This document shows positions 22,460 through 31,676 of a DNA stretch of 64,000 nt, in pieces (position 1 is the stretch's first letter; each line of letters starts with the position of its first letter). The notes beneath the pieces are model-generated. The model did no database searches and was not told the DNA's origin. It was given only the letters and a program-made list of their open reading frames with translations. The stretch is from Rhodothermia bacterium. GTDB lineage: Bacteria > Bacteroidota > Rhodothermia > Rhodothermales > UBA2364. The translations under genes were made by a program, and so were the position numbers. Where the stretch lies: contig JAFLBZ010000004.1 in assembly GCA_017303715.1 (NCBI GenBank), forward strand, positions 4,887-68,886, read 5' to 3'.

Positions 22460-23692
22460 TTAGCTATTGGAGGGCAAATACGTGACGTACAATTGTGGCT
22501 TAAGGGCTGTACTTGTCTCTGTGAACCAAAACAATGGATTGATCGAACTCCCACCCACTTCTGGAATAATAATCAATCGTATGGCGTTGGACTTACCGAT
22601 CACCATCCGTTGAATTTCGTTGGTGAGCCGAGGATCCGAGAACGTAAAGTATCCTTCCTTAAATTTCGCACTCGCAAGTTGGGCCAAAGTACCTGTCTCG
22701 CCCACCCGATAAACCCCCAGTTGCCGAACGATAGGCCGTTGGAATGTGCCGGTGGCATAAAGGGCAAGGGTATCAGCGGGGATACGGATCAGCGTGCCAT
22801 TAATCGGAAGTTTCTGAAATTTGGCAAGATCGAAAGTCAATTTAATGGCATCACCCGTGTTATCTTGCAGGAGGTGCTGTCCGGTAATTTGGGTTGGTTT
22901 CCCCGTTCGTTTCAAATAGGTATGCGCTTTAGCACTTGTAGAGGAAAAACGCAAGGTATCCCCACCAGCCACAACCCGCAAGTAGGAATCCGAAGGCGTA
23001 AAGCCCAAAATGGCATTACCAGAAGCCGCTTGGAACTGAAACCCATTGAAGGAGGCATCAAACGTCTGTCCACTAACCTGACCCCGCAATAACTGATCGT
23101 AGGTCTGTATCCAATTTGAGGGCAATTTGATCTCCAAACTCGTCCCACCCGCCAAGAGATCCCCACTCGTTGTCACATTTATTCCAGCAACCAGCAAGGA
23201 ATCATATTTCGCATTGGTTGGCGTCCACTCCGCCGTCATAGCATTGACTTTTAGCCGGATTGGTGCATCTGTCTGGCCATAGGTATAAGCCTTTTTGAGC
23301 ACAATCGTTACATCCGTAACACTGCCATCCTTGAACTTAGTGGTTCGGTCGGTGTTTTCGAGGAAGTCTAAGTACCCATAAGCCTCAAGTTCAACACCCG
23401 AAAGGGGGCCGGTTTCCGTCACTTTACCTGCCAATACAGGCAATGCAGAACCCGTTACATCACGATATAGACCCGCCTCAGAGGTTGGAGCCAAGCCAGC
23501 TTCTATACGGTTAGGCGCACTTGCAATGTCATCAATGGTGGTAAGCCCCACATCGCCCGGCGAGTCGCAACCCCCAAGCCAGAACAGCAACAACATCAAC
23601 AAAAACAACATCCTACATGGGGAGAAGAAGCGGTCGCACCGCCCATTAGGTAAAGAACATTTAAACATATCTAAAGGTTTTATCTTAAGCAT
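22460..23692 (-). CDS. Lipoprotein, DUF4270-like
   Basis: Lipobox LFWLGGC. Its position directly downstream of the short GlgA-like gene matches Bacteroidota synteny as I recall it. The start could be 23668 or 23611. Confidence 0.45.
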   Translation of the reverse strand: MLKIKPLDMFKCSLPNGRCDRFFSPCRMLFLLMLLLFWLGGCDSPGDVGLTTIDDIASAPNRIEAGLAPTSEAGLYRDVTGSALPVLAGKVTETGPLSGVELEAYGYLDFLENTDRTTKFKDGSVTDVTIVLKKAYTYGQTDAPIRLKVNAMTAEWTPTNAKYDSLLVAGINVTTSGDLLAGGTSLEIKLPSNWIQTYDQLLRGQVSGQTFDASFNGFQFQAASGNAILGFTPSDSYLRVVAGGDTLRFSSTSAKAHTYLKRTGKPTQITGQHLLQDNTGDAIKLTFDLAKFQKLPINGTLIRIPADTLALYATGTFQRPIVRQLGVYRVGETGTLAQLASAKFKEGYFTFSDPRLTNEIQRMVIGKSNAIRLIIIPEVGGSSINPLFWFTETSTALKPQLYVTYLPSNS

Positions 23693-23824
23693 AAAAAGCT
23701 ACTTTCATTAATTTTATTAACAACAACAATTTCCATTTTTGCCACATTTCTTTATAGCCAAGCAACAGAAAACCCCATCCGACAGGGTCGTTGGGGCTTC
23801 TTAGGAAGACAGCCAGCCATACCG

Positions 23825-24592
23825 TCAGACAAGCGCACCCGTACCTACGAGTTGTTGATAAAGTGCGACTGCGGTTTCAAGAAGTTCTTCTTTTACGGCA
23901 GAAAGCCTAATGGCGCCCTCGGGCATCTCAACGGTACTGTGTTCATAGTAGGCAAGCCCATCGCTATACAAAGATGCCACACTGTTCAAATTGAGGTCAG
24001 ACATCCGCTCATCGCCCAATTGGTACTGTTTCACCTTCGCGGCTGAGAACTTCACCTCCAACCCCATGTTGTCGGGAGTATGTACAATCCGTGATTGTTC
24101 AAAGAGCGGTGAATCCGCCAATTTGGTTTTCACCAAATATGGAACCATTGCACTCATCCAGCCATTGGTGTGGATGATGTCTGGCTTCCAACCAAGATTT
24201 TTGGTGGTTGCCAAGGCCGCATGTGCAAAATAGAGCGCTCGCTCCTCGTTATCCGTGAAAATTTTACCCTCTTTATCCGCAAAGATTCCCTTGCGTTTAA
24301 AATAGAAGTTGTTATCCATAAAATAAACCTGAAGCCGTATTCCAGGGATGGACGCAACCTTTACAGCAAAACTTTCGGAGCGGCTTCCAATCTGAATGCT
24401 CGTACCCGAAAGGCGGATCACTTCATGTAAACGATTCTTACGTTCACTTATTGTGCCATAGCGGGGCATCATGATCCGAATCTCGTAGTTTCCCAAATCA
24501 TTCAAATATTCAGGCAACTGACGGAGGAGTTCTGCATTGGGCGTGTGCTGAACAAAGGGCTTTACCTCGCCGGAGACAAAGAGTATCTTCAT
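23825..24592 (-). CDS. Glycogen/starch-synthase-like protein, N-terminal (Glyco_transf_5) domain only
   Basis: MKILFVSGEVKPFV...MPRYG matches the GlgA N-terminus. It is only 255 aa, so the C-terminal GT1 half is absent. Confidence 0.65.
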   Translation of the reverse strand: MKILFVSGEVKPFVQHTPNAELLRQLPEYLNDLGNYEIRIMMPRYGTISERKNRLHEVIRLSGTSIQIGSRSESFAVKVASIPGIRLQVYFMDNNFYFKRKGIFADKEGKIFTDNEERALYFAHAALATTKNLGWKPDIIHTNGWMSAMVPYLVKTKLADSPLFEQSRIVHTPDNMGLEVKFSAAKVKQYQLGDERMSDLNLNSVASLYSDGLAYYEHSTVEMPEGAIRLSAVKEELLETAVALYQQLVGTGALV

Positions 24593-24928
24593 GTAGGTCT
24601 GAATCCTTTTTGGATTGAACAAATGAGACGCGCAGCGTGATGGACACGTCCTGAAAAAGCCATAAAACGGCAAACGTGGTTTTTATGAAACAAGGGCAGT
24701 ACGTAGAGGCGGAGAACTTGCACGACGAACATGCTTAATGGTAGGTTTTTCAATAAGATAATAATATACGAAAAATGTGTACTTTATTCAAGTGAGCAGA
24801 GGCCACTTCCACCGATTTGAACCCAAGAGTGCATTTACCAAAAAAGTTTTACACAATCCTCACGACCTTTTTGTTTTTCAGGCCGTAAGTCCCTATACTT
24901 CCTTAAATTTTATCAGATCAACACCCCT

Positions 24929-25351
24929 ATGAAAAACCGCATCATGTCTCTGCCCGACTCCCCGCTTGTACTCTTTGACGGTGTTTGCAATTTGTGTAAT
25001 GCTTCCATAAACTTCATCATAGACCGCGACACAAAAGGGCTATTTCGTTTTGCCTCCTTACAATCCGACCTCGGTTTTTCCCTACGCAAAGCGTTTGACC
25101 TCGTAGAACCCGAAATGGATTCCGTTGTTCTGATTATGGGTGGCCGTGCTTATACCCACTCGGACGCAGCTTTGACCATTGCAAAACATCTGGATGGGGC
25201 GTGGTCATTGCTTTTTGGCTTTATCGTATTCCCACGCTTTCTTAGAGATGGTGTATATCGTTTTATAGCGCGAAACCGATACAGATGGTTTGGCAAAAGT
25301 GAATCTTGCCGAGTACCAACACCAGAACTCCGCGCCCGTTTTTTAAGCTAA
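24929..25351 (+). CDS. Thiol-disulfide oxidoreductase DCC family (DUF393)
   Basis: 140 aa with the N-terminal FDGVCNLCN motif. Confidence 0.8.
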   Translation: MKNRIMSLPDSPLVLFDGVCNLCNASINFIIDRDTKGLFRFASLQSDLGFSLRKAFDLVEPEMDSVVLIMGGRAYTHSDAALTIAKHLDGAWSLLFGFIVFPRFLRDGVYRFIARNRYRWFGKSESCRVPTPELRARFLS

Positions 25352-25389
25352 AACACTTCTCGTACTTGCTACGTCTGTTAAAAAAATGG

Positions 25390-26664
25390 TCAGCCATTGA
25401 AGCGAATGGTTTGAATGGGGTCAATCTTAGAAGCAAACCGAGCGGGAAAATACGAAGCCACCATGCAAAGGAAGAGCGCAAAAACGGGCACTATGACAAA
25501 ATCTAAGCCACTCAGTTCAATAGGTGCAGTGTCCATAAAATAAGACTCAACCGGAAGCGGAATAAGGTGGAAGCGTAGTTGGAGCATGGCCAATCCCCAT
25601 GCCAGCGCCATCCCAAAAGCGGATCCAACCAAACCAATCATTACACCAAGGGTAAGAAACAACTGCCGGATCCGTTTTCCAGAAGCGCCCATGCTTTGCA
25701 ACATGCCAATTTCGTTGGTTTTCTCCAAAATGAGCATGAGCAACATCGAAATCAGATTAAAAGCTGCAACCAAGACAATCACCCCAATGAGGAGCGGAAT
25801 AATCTGTTCTTGGAGTTTTGTCCATGCAAAAAGCCCTTCTTGCGCTTCATAAACGGTTTGTACCTGAAGTGGCAGTTGGAAGCGGCTGCCGAGTCCCAAT
25901 TCCTTTTCAATCTTCGCGGCAACCTGTTGCGCCTTTTCCAAACTCTCCGTCCGAATGTCCACACGCGAGGCTTCAAAGGGGCGATAACCCAACATCTCGC
26001 GGGCCTGATGAATGTCCATGTAGGCAAAAGCCTGCTCAAACTCCCGCATACCCGAATCAAAAATCCCGGCAATACGGAAGGTTTTTATGGGAATATTAAA
26101 TGCCGCTTCTGCGTCTAAAGAGTCGGATCCTTCCGGTTTGGAGAAAACTGTTACTCGGTCATTCAATTTCAACTTCATCAGATTGGCAAGGCCCCGCCCA
26201 ATAACCAATCCAGAAAGCCCTTCTTCATTGGGTTTAAAAGAAAAACGTCCTTCTTGGATGGTTCCTGCCAAATCCACAGGCGGCTTTTCGACACCTCGCA
26301 CCAACAAACCTTCGATATTCGCCTCGCCGGGCGCTTTGAGCAAGATATAGTCCGAGATATTCGGCTCCACCAATTCCACTTCCGGTATTTTATCCAGACC
26401 AATCCTGAGCAGGTCGAGACGTGTAAGAGGGGTATTGCGCCAAGACGTAATTTGTACATGGGACTCGAAGGCCACGATTTTGCGTTCGATCTCTTTGCTA
26501 AATCCACGAACGATGGCAAGGGTCAACAGCAATGCAGCGACACCAACAGCAACGCCACCAACCGATAAATAGGTAATAAAACGCAGGAAACGCTTACCTT
26601 TTGCAGTACCCTCGGCGCTCCGTAGATACCGCATCGCCACAAACGGAATAAAACCTTTAAACAT
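25390..26664 (-). CDS. LolC/LolE-type ABC transporter permease (MacB periplasmic domain and FtsX)
   Basis: 424 aa with an N-terminal TM segment, a large periplasmic domain and three C-terminal TM segments. It ends in the FtsX-like motif PARFASKIDPI. Confidence 0.75.
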   Translation of the reverse strand: MFKGFIPFVAMRYLRSAEGTAKGKRFLRFITYLSVGGVAVGVAALLLTLAIVRGFSKEIERKIVAFESHVQITSWRNTPLTRLDLLRIGLDKIPEVELVEPNISDYILLKAPGEANIEGLLVRGVEKPPVDLAGTIQEGRFSFKPNEEGLSGLVIGRGLANLMKLKLNDRVTVFSKPEGSDSLDAEAAFNIPIKTFRIAGIFDSGMREFEQAFAYMDIHQAREMLGYRPFEASRVDIRTESLEKAQQVAAKIEKELGLGSRFQLPLQVQTVYEAQEGLFAWTKLQEQIIPLLIGVIVLVAAFNLISMLLMLILEKTNEIGMLQSMGASGKRIRQLFLTLGVMIGLVGSAFGMALAWGLAMLQLRFHLIPLPVESYFMDTAPIELSGLDFVIVPVFALFLCMVASYFPARFASKIDPIQTIRFNG

Positions 26665-26771
26665 GCAAGGGGTGAAGATTAAATAAAGCCGAGAAGATTG
26701 GCCATGTTATTCTTTTAAAAACTTAAATTACGCTGGTATTGTATAAACCCTTTACCTTTATAACAATTTTT

Positions 26772-28397
26772 ATGAACAACGCGCTCCCCAACATCCCTCA
26801 ACCTATTAATGAGCCAATTCGTGCTTATGCGCCCAACTCGCCAGAAACAACGTCTCTCCTGAAAAAAGTACAGGACATGAAAGCCATTTCGCACGAAATT
26901 GGACCAATTGTGGACGGCAAGATGATCCTCACCGGCCTTACGGAGTCTTTCTCCTCCCCACACGAACATAAACACACTTTAGGAACCTTACACAACAGCT
27001 CTCCCGAAGTGGTTGCCCAAGCCATCCAAAGCGCCACCAAAGCCCGCCACGACTGGATGCGCATGAATTGGCTCGACAGAGCAGCTATTTTCCTGAAAGC
27101 TGCCGACCTCCTCGCCGGCCCTTGGCGCGACACCTTGAACGCAGCCACCATGCTCGGTCAAAGCAAAAACGTGTTTCAAGCAGAGATAGACGCAGCCTGT
27201 GAACTTATTGATTTTCTTAGGTTTAACGCTGCTTATATGGCGTTTATTTACGAACAACAACCCATTTCTTCTTCCGGTGTTTGGAACCGTTTGCAATATC
27301 GCCCCTTAGAAGGATTTGTCTTTGCTGTTGCACCGTTCAACTTTACGGCCATTAGCGGGAACCTCACCGCCTCCCCAGCCATGATGGGCAATACCGTTCT
27401 TTGGAAGCCCTCTTCCACCTCCGTTTTATCCTCTTATTATATCTACAAATTGTTCGAGGAAGCGGGAGTACCACCGGGCGTTATGAACTTCTTGCCCGGA
27501 CATGGCCCAACCATAGGCGATCCCGTGTTTGCCTCCGAACATTTAGCCGGACTACATTTTACAGGTTCAACAGCGACGTTCCAATACATGTGGCGCACCA
27601 TTGGGCAAAACATTTCAAAATACCGCAGTTATCCGCGCATTGTGGGCGAAACAGGGGGAAAAGATTTTGTGATGGTGCATCCCTCCGCACATCCAGCCGC
27701 CGTAGCCACCGCCTTAACCCGTGGCGCTTTTGAATATCAGGGGCAAAAATGCTCGGCAGCCTCAAGAGCCTATATCCCAAAAAGCCTCTGGCCAGAGGTT
27801 AAAAACCGCTTCTTGGCACAACTCGATGAAATCAAAATGGGATCGGTGGAAGACCCAAACAATTTTGTAAATGCGGTGATTGACCAAAAGTCTTATAACA
27901 ACATTGTTGGCTACATCGAGGAAGCACGAAACACAACAGGCGTACAAGTTATTGCCGGCGGAACCTATTCCGACGAAACGGGATACTTCATCGCGCCTAC
28001 CGTTCTGCTCACCGATAATCCAAAGTACAAAACCATGTGCGAAGAGATCTTCGGCCCAGTATTGACCATCTTTGTTTATGAAGACGACAAGTTTGAAGAA
28101 ACCTTAACGTTATTGGACGAAACCTCGCCCTATGCCCTAACAGGCGCTATTTTTGCCCAAGACCGTACAGCACTCGCTCATATGACCGATGCGCTAACGG
28201 ATGCCGCCGGAAACTTCTACATCAACGACAAACCTACGGGCGCGGTGGTTGGGCAACAACCTTTTGGCGGAGCAAGAGCCTCTGGAACGAACGACAAAGC
28301 GGGGTCCTACCTTAACCTAATCCGCTGGGTCTCGCCCAGAACCATTAAAGAAACCTTTGCGCCACCTCTCGATTACCGATATCCATTCTTGGGTTAA
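26772..28397 (+). CDS. pruA: L-glutamate gamma-semialdehyde (1-pyrroline-5-carboxylate) dehydrogenase
   Basis: Aldehyde dehydrogenase motifs GETGGKDF and QGQKCSAASR. Length of about 541 aa and a PruA-like N-terminus. Confidence 0.85.
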   Translation: MNNALPNIPQPINEPIRAYAPNSPETTSLLKKVQDMKAISHEIGPIVDGKMILTGLTESFSSPHEHKHTLGTLHNSSPEVVAQAIQSATKARHDWMRMNWLDRAAIFLKAADLLAGPWRDTLNAATMLGQSKNVFQAEIDAACELIDFLRFNAAYMAFIYEQQPISSSGVWNRLQYRPLEGFVFAVAPFNFTAISGNLTASPAMMGNTVLWKPSSTSVLSSYYIYKLFEEAGVPPGVMNFLPGHGPTIGDPVFASEHLAGLHFTGSTATFQYMWRTIGQNISKYRSYPRIVGETGGKDFVMVHPSAHPAAVATALTRGAFEYQGQKCSAASRAYIPKSLWPEVKNRFLAQLDEIKMGSVEDPNNFVNAVIDQKSYNNIVGYIEEARNTTGVQVIAGGTYSDETGYFIAPTVLLTDNPKYKTMCEEIFGPVLTIFVYEDDKFEETLTLLDETSPYALTGAIFAQDRTALAHMTDALTDAAGNFYINDKPTGAVVGQQPFGGARASGTNDKAGSYLNLIRWVSPRTIKETFAPPLDYRYPFLG

Positions 28398-28406
28398 GAA
28401 ATACCA

Positions 28407-28439
28407 GCCTCTGTCGAAACAAGGACAGGGGCTTTTTTT
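28407..28439 (+). terminator. Rho-independent terminator after pruA
   Basis: GCCTCTGTC-gaaacaag-GACAGGGGC, a 9-bp stem with one G:U pair, followed by T7. Confidence 0.8.
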
Positions 28440-28513
28440 AATAAAACCTCTTTATCTTCTTGCCAAATCCCCCTATCTTTCCTTCAGTTTCATCCCGAAT
28501 TTCCGCAGCGACT

Positions 28514-29434
28514 ATGACAGACCTTACAAAACAAGAAAATATCTTCATTTACCACAGCGGTCAGCAATATGGCCCCATGACTTATGCCCAAGCACGGCAA
28601 TTCATGTCCAAACGCCCCCCGACACCCGCCGATTTGTATTGGGCAGATGGCATGAAAAGCTGGGAGCCATTGCCGGATTCTTTACTTTCCTCCTCGGCAT
28701 TAGAAGGATTAGGCGAAAGTAACGCACTCAAATTGGAAACCGTACAAGCCGGCGATATGGAGCGGGTAGCAACGAGCAACCTAACACGGAACTTAACCGA
28801 AAAACCGCCTCTACAAATCACACCAGAGACACGTAAACCAACCACTAACCCCGATCAACCCACAAGGCTACCCAATCCAACCAATACGGAGCAAGCAAGC
28901 AAGCCCATTCGTTTGGGATTAGGTGGATTTTTTATTCCTGTGGTGGTGGTTACACTTGCGTTTTTGGTACTTGCCATTTATGCCTTTAGCACCTTCCTCA
29001 GTGCTTTTTTAACAACACTTTCGGCAACGGCCTTCAGTGAAGCCCCCGATACCAACAACGTAAGGCTCTTGGCACTGTTCGCTTCTTTTGGTAGTTTTGC
29101 GGCCTTTTTCTGGACGTTAATGCTGAATGTTTACCTCTTTCGCAAAAAAGAAGCCTTCCCTTCTATGTTTCGCGCTACCATTGGCGTATTCGCCCTTTTC
29201 GGAACCCTCGTTTTTGGGTTCATGGTCTCTGAAAAACTTGGACTTTCCAATGTCTTTAAAGGCCAAATCCCAACCGCCAATCAATGGATGCCCTCTACCA
29301 TAAGCTTTTGGGAACAAAACTACGAGTCTTCTTTGTTCATTTTGACGGTCTCGCTTGCGGTTTTGCTCTTTTTTATGTATTTGGTGATATACATTAGCCG
29401 CTCCAAACGTGTAAAACACACGTTTGTACGATAG
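28514..29434 (+). CDS. GYF_2 (DUF4339)-domain protein fused to a polytopic membrane domain
   Basis: N-terminal IFIYHSGQQYGPMTYAQ...WADGMKSWEPL, a Pro/Thr-rich linker, then about 5 TM segments. Confidence 0.55.
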   Translation: MTDLTKQENIFIYHSGQQYGPMTYAQARQFMSKRPPTPADLYWADGMKSWEPLPDSLLSSSALEGLGESNALKLETVQAGDMERVATSNLTRNLTEKPPLQITPETRKPTTNPDQPTRLPNPTNTEQASKPIRLGLGGFFIPVVVVTLAFLVLAIYAFSTFLSAFLTTLSATAFSEAPDTNNVRLLALFASFGSFAAFFWTLMLNVYLFRKKEAFPSMFRATIGVFALFGTLVFGFMVSEKLGLSNVFKGQIPTANQWMPSTISFWEQNYESSLFILTVSLAVLLFFMYLVIYISRSKRVKHTFVR

Positions 29435-29787
29435 AAATTTGCTGGTCGGGGATTAAAAAAACGAGCATAGACCGAAAAGCGCTTTAAATCCTTGTGAGAC
29501 ACCTACAACATTGTTTCACGTAAAGTCGCTAAGAATATTTTCCACCTTTGAGCCATTTCCGACCTTTCTTTCACCCTAAGTCACTAAAGATGTATTTTTG
29601 TCTCTGTGTAATATTTCGGGATTAGTTGCAAAGAATGAATAATTACCACCTCTGTTCTAACTTGTTAGGCAACCCAGTTGTGGTGGCGTAACCAAACTTG
29701 GCACTCAAGTCGTCTGTATAGAGATTAAGGCGATTCTGGTTCATATACTAAATACTGGTTCATATTCTGCATACAAGCTGGGCAGAC

Positions 29788-29809
29788 AAATCTGGATAAC
29801 GCCAGATTT
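29788..29809. promoter_or_regulatory. Perfect 8-bp inverted repeat with a 6-nt spacer (candidate operator)
   Basis: AAATCTGG-ataacg-CCAGATTT, about 140 bp upstream of the 29947 start. It is preceded by an 11-bp direct repeat CTGGTTCATAT at 29736 and 29755. Confidence 0.35.
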
Positions 29810-29946
29810 AAGAACAGCACCGATTTGGAACCCACTCATCCCCTTGGCACAAAAACCCATCTGGTTACGGTATTGGCGGTTTTATGCGCCTCTACTTACG
29901 GGTAAATTGTGGAAAATGCGCTTCAAACCCCATAAAAATCATCGCA

Positions 29947-31119
29947 ATGAAGCTAAACCGCAAGACCCATTTATTATTCGTTTTTTGGCTAAGCCTCCTT
30001 GGATGCAAGGGCCAACCCACCATAACGGCAATCAACAATGTACCTGATGGCCCGCCTATGGGCACACCACCTATTGACGTCACGTGGAAGGATATAAGTC
30101 CGGGCTGGGATCAGAAAGGCCCCAAGTTGATGCTCACAGGTAAGGTCTTTCAGCCGGACGGACGGACACCCGCCAAAAATGTATTGGTCTATTATTACCA
30201 TACCAATACAGAAGGAAAATACATACATAAACCAGAAGTAATTCGTAGTATGCCACCAAATACCGAAGGGCAAACCCATGGCTATATACGCGGATGGGTC
30301 AAGACGGGAGAAGATGGTAAGTACGAAATTTATACGGTTCGTCCCGGCCAATACCCAAAATTTGACGATCCTGCACACATCCACCTCACGGTTGTGGAGC
30401 CAAACCGAGCAGGATATTACATTGATGATGTGGTATTCGATGATGACCCCTTATTGACTACCCAAAGGCGGCTTAAAATGGAAAACCGAGGCGGTACGGG
30501 CGTGGTACGCTTGGTCAAAAAAGACGGGTTATGGATTGGTGAACGGAACATCATTCTTGGATCTAATATTCCAGCATATGGGCTTTCGGAAGAAAAGGGC
30601 CTCTCTTCTGGCAGAAACATCGGCGAGGATGTTTTTTCATTTACCCCTACACATGCGTGGGGGCCAGACAAAGGCAGTACCGCGTGTCCTGTTTGTAAAT
30701 ATGGCCAATTTCATGGCATTTTATACTTCATTGGCAACCATCCCAATTGGTCAGACATCCGCCAGTGGTTAACCTTTTTTGAAAGAGAGAGTATAAAAAG
30801 AGGAAAATACCTTAAAGTTTATTTGATTTATGGCAACGAATTACAGGATAATTTTTCGGAAAAAAATACCATTTTAGCGCAAATAGGCCAAGAACTTAAC
30901 CTACATCAAGTGGCACTTACCCATGTCCCATCTTTTAAAGATGAAGTATCTGATGTTGCATTTAATAAAATTAATCCCGAAGTAGGGAGTACAATAATTC
31001 TTTTTAAACGTCGGAACATCATTGCCAAATACCTTAACTTAGAACCTATTGCTAACAATTTTGAGACCATCAAAAACCGCTTGGAGGAATCCAAAAACGC
31101 TTATTTTGAATTGGAATAA
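29947..31119 (+). CDS. Lipoprotein: intradiol-dioxygenase-like domain fused to a thioredoxin-fold-like CPxC domain
   Basis: Lipobox LSLLGC. YYYHTN..GKYEIYTVRPGQYP..PAHIHLTV resembles the Dioxygenase_C fold. The C-terminal half has ACPVCK. Confidence 0.5.
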   Translation: MKLNRKTHLLFVFWLSLLGCKGQPTITAINNVPDGPPMGTPPIDVTWKDISPGWDQKGPKLMLTGKVFQPDGRTPAKNVLVYYYHTNTEGKYIHKPEVIRSMPPNTEGQTHGYIRGWVKTGEDGKYEIYTVRPGQYPKFDDPAHIHLTVVEPNRAGYYIDDVVFDDDPLLTTQRRLKMENRGGTGVVRLVKKDGLWIGERNIILGSNIPAYGLSEEKGLSSGRNIGEDVFSFTPTHAWGPDKGSTACPVCKYGQFHGILYFIGNHPNWSDIRQWLTFFERESIKRGKYLKVYLIYGNELQDNFSEKNTILAQIGQELNLHQVALTHVPSFKDEVSDVAFNKINPEVGSTIILFKRRNIIAKYLNLEPIANNFETIKNRLEESKNAYFELE

Positions 31120-31513
31120 TTAAAAATCTAATTAAGATTTTCTGTAAGTTTTCAGGAGTAGAAATAACGATTTTTTTATGGGAGTGGCAAATTCTATTCA
31201 GCCCAAGACCCATTAAACATTTTAGGAGGTGTAGGCACATAACTTGGCGGGGTTGTTTTTCGGTACAATTACCTTCTGTTTGCATTTGGAGAACACACCT
31301 TTGGGTCTTGTCTTGCGAGTAGATTAGACACGTAGCCGATGCAAAGCCAACGAGCCTACGTCAGTCTTGTTAGTACGACCAAAAGAGGCAAATCCTCATT
31401 TGTGGCGTTAAATGGCGGGTGTCTCACCATGCTCGCCCCACCAATACCAACGCCTTTTGGCTTAAATTCATAAACAGTTTCACAATGTTTCACCGCTTGT
31501 ACCATAAAAGTAC

Positions 31514-31543
31514 TTGACACTCCCAGCTCTTTTCTTGTATCTT
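31514..31543 (+). promoter_or_regulatory. Sigma-70-type promoter for tRNA-Thr
   Basis: TTGACA (31514-31519), an 18-nt spacer, then TATCTT (31538-31543), 21 nt before the tRNA 5' end. Confidence 0.5.
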
Positions 31544-31563
31544 GAAAACCTTAAAACAATTTC

Positions 31564-31636
31564 GCCAATGTAGCTCAGTTGGTAGAGCAGTTCACTCGTA
31601 ATGAACAGGTCACCGGTTCGAGTCCGGTCATTGGCT
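31564..31636 (+). tRNA. tRNA-Thr (anticodon CGT)
   Basis: The cloverleaf was checked by hand: acceptor GCCAATG/CATTGGC, D stem GCTC/GAGC, anticodon stem GTTCA/TGAAC with loop CTCGTAA, T stem ACCGG/CCGGT with loop TTCGAGT. CCA is not encoded. Confidence 0.95.
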
Positions 31637-31639
31637 CGA

Positions 31640-31676
31640 AGCCTCAACAAATTGTTGGGGCTTTTTCATTTTTTTC
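31640..31676 (+). terminator. Rho-independent terminator after tRNA-Thr
   Basis: AGCCTCAACA-aat-TGTTGGGGCT, a 10-bp stem with one G:U pair, then TTTTTCATTTTTTT. It overlaps the 3' end of the convergent kinase gene. Confidence 0.75.

Noticed and set aside
24690-24740. cgtagaggcggagaacttgcacg resembles a junction of the repeat-family module (ccgtagaggtgg) with its far end (agaacttacggg).
   Set aside because: Only about 11-nt matches on each side. This is too short to tell from chance without a profile search.
29788-29809. TCTGG-ATAACG-CCAGA resembles the P5 hairpin (CUGG-AUAAUG-CCAG) of the TPP riboswitch.
   Set aside because: The other invariant TPP elements (GGGGUGC, CUGAGA, ACCC, and GCGNAGGGA after the hairpin) are absent from the flanks. 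The downstream gene is also unrelated to thiamine.
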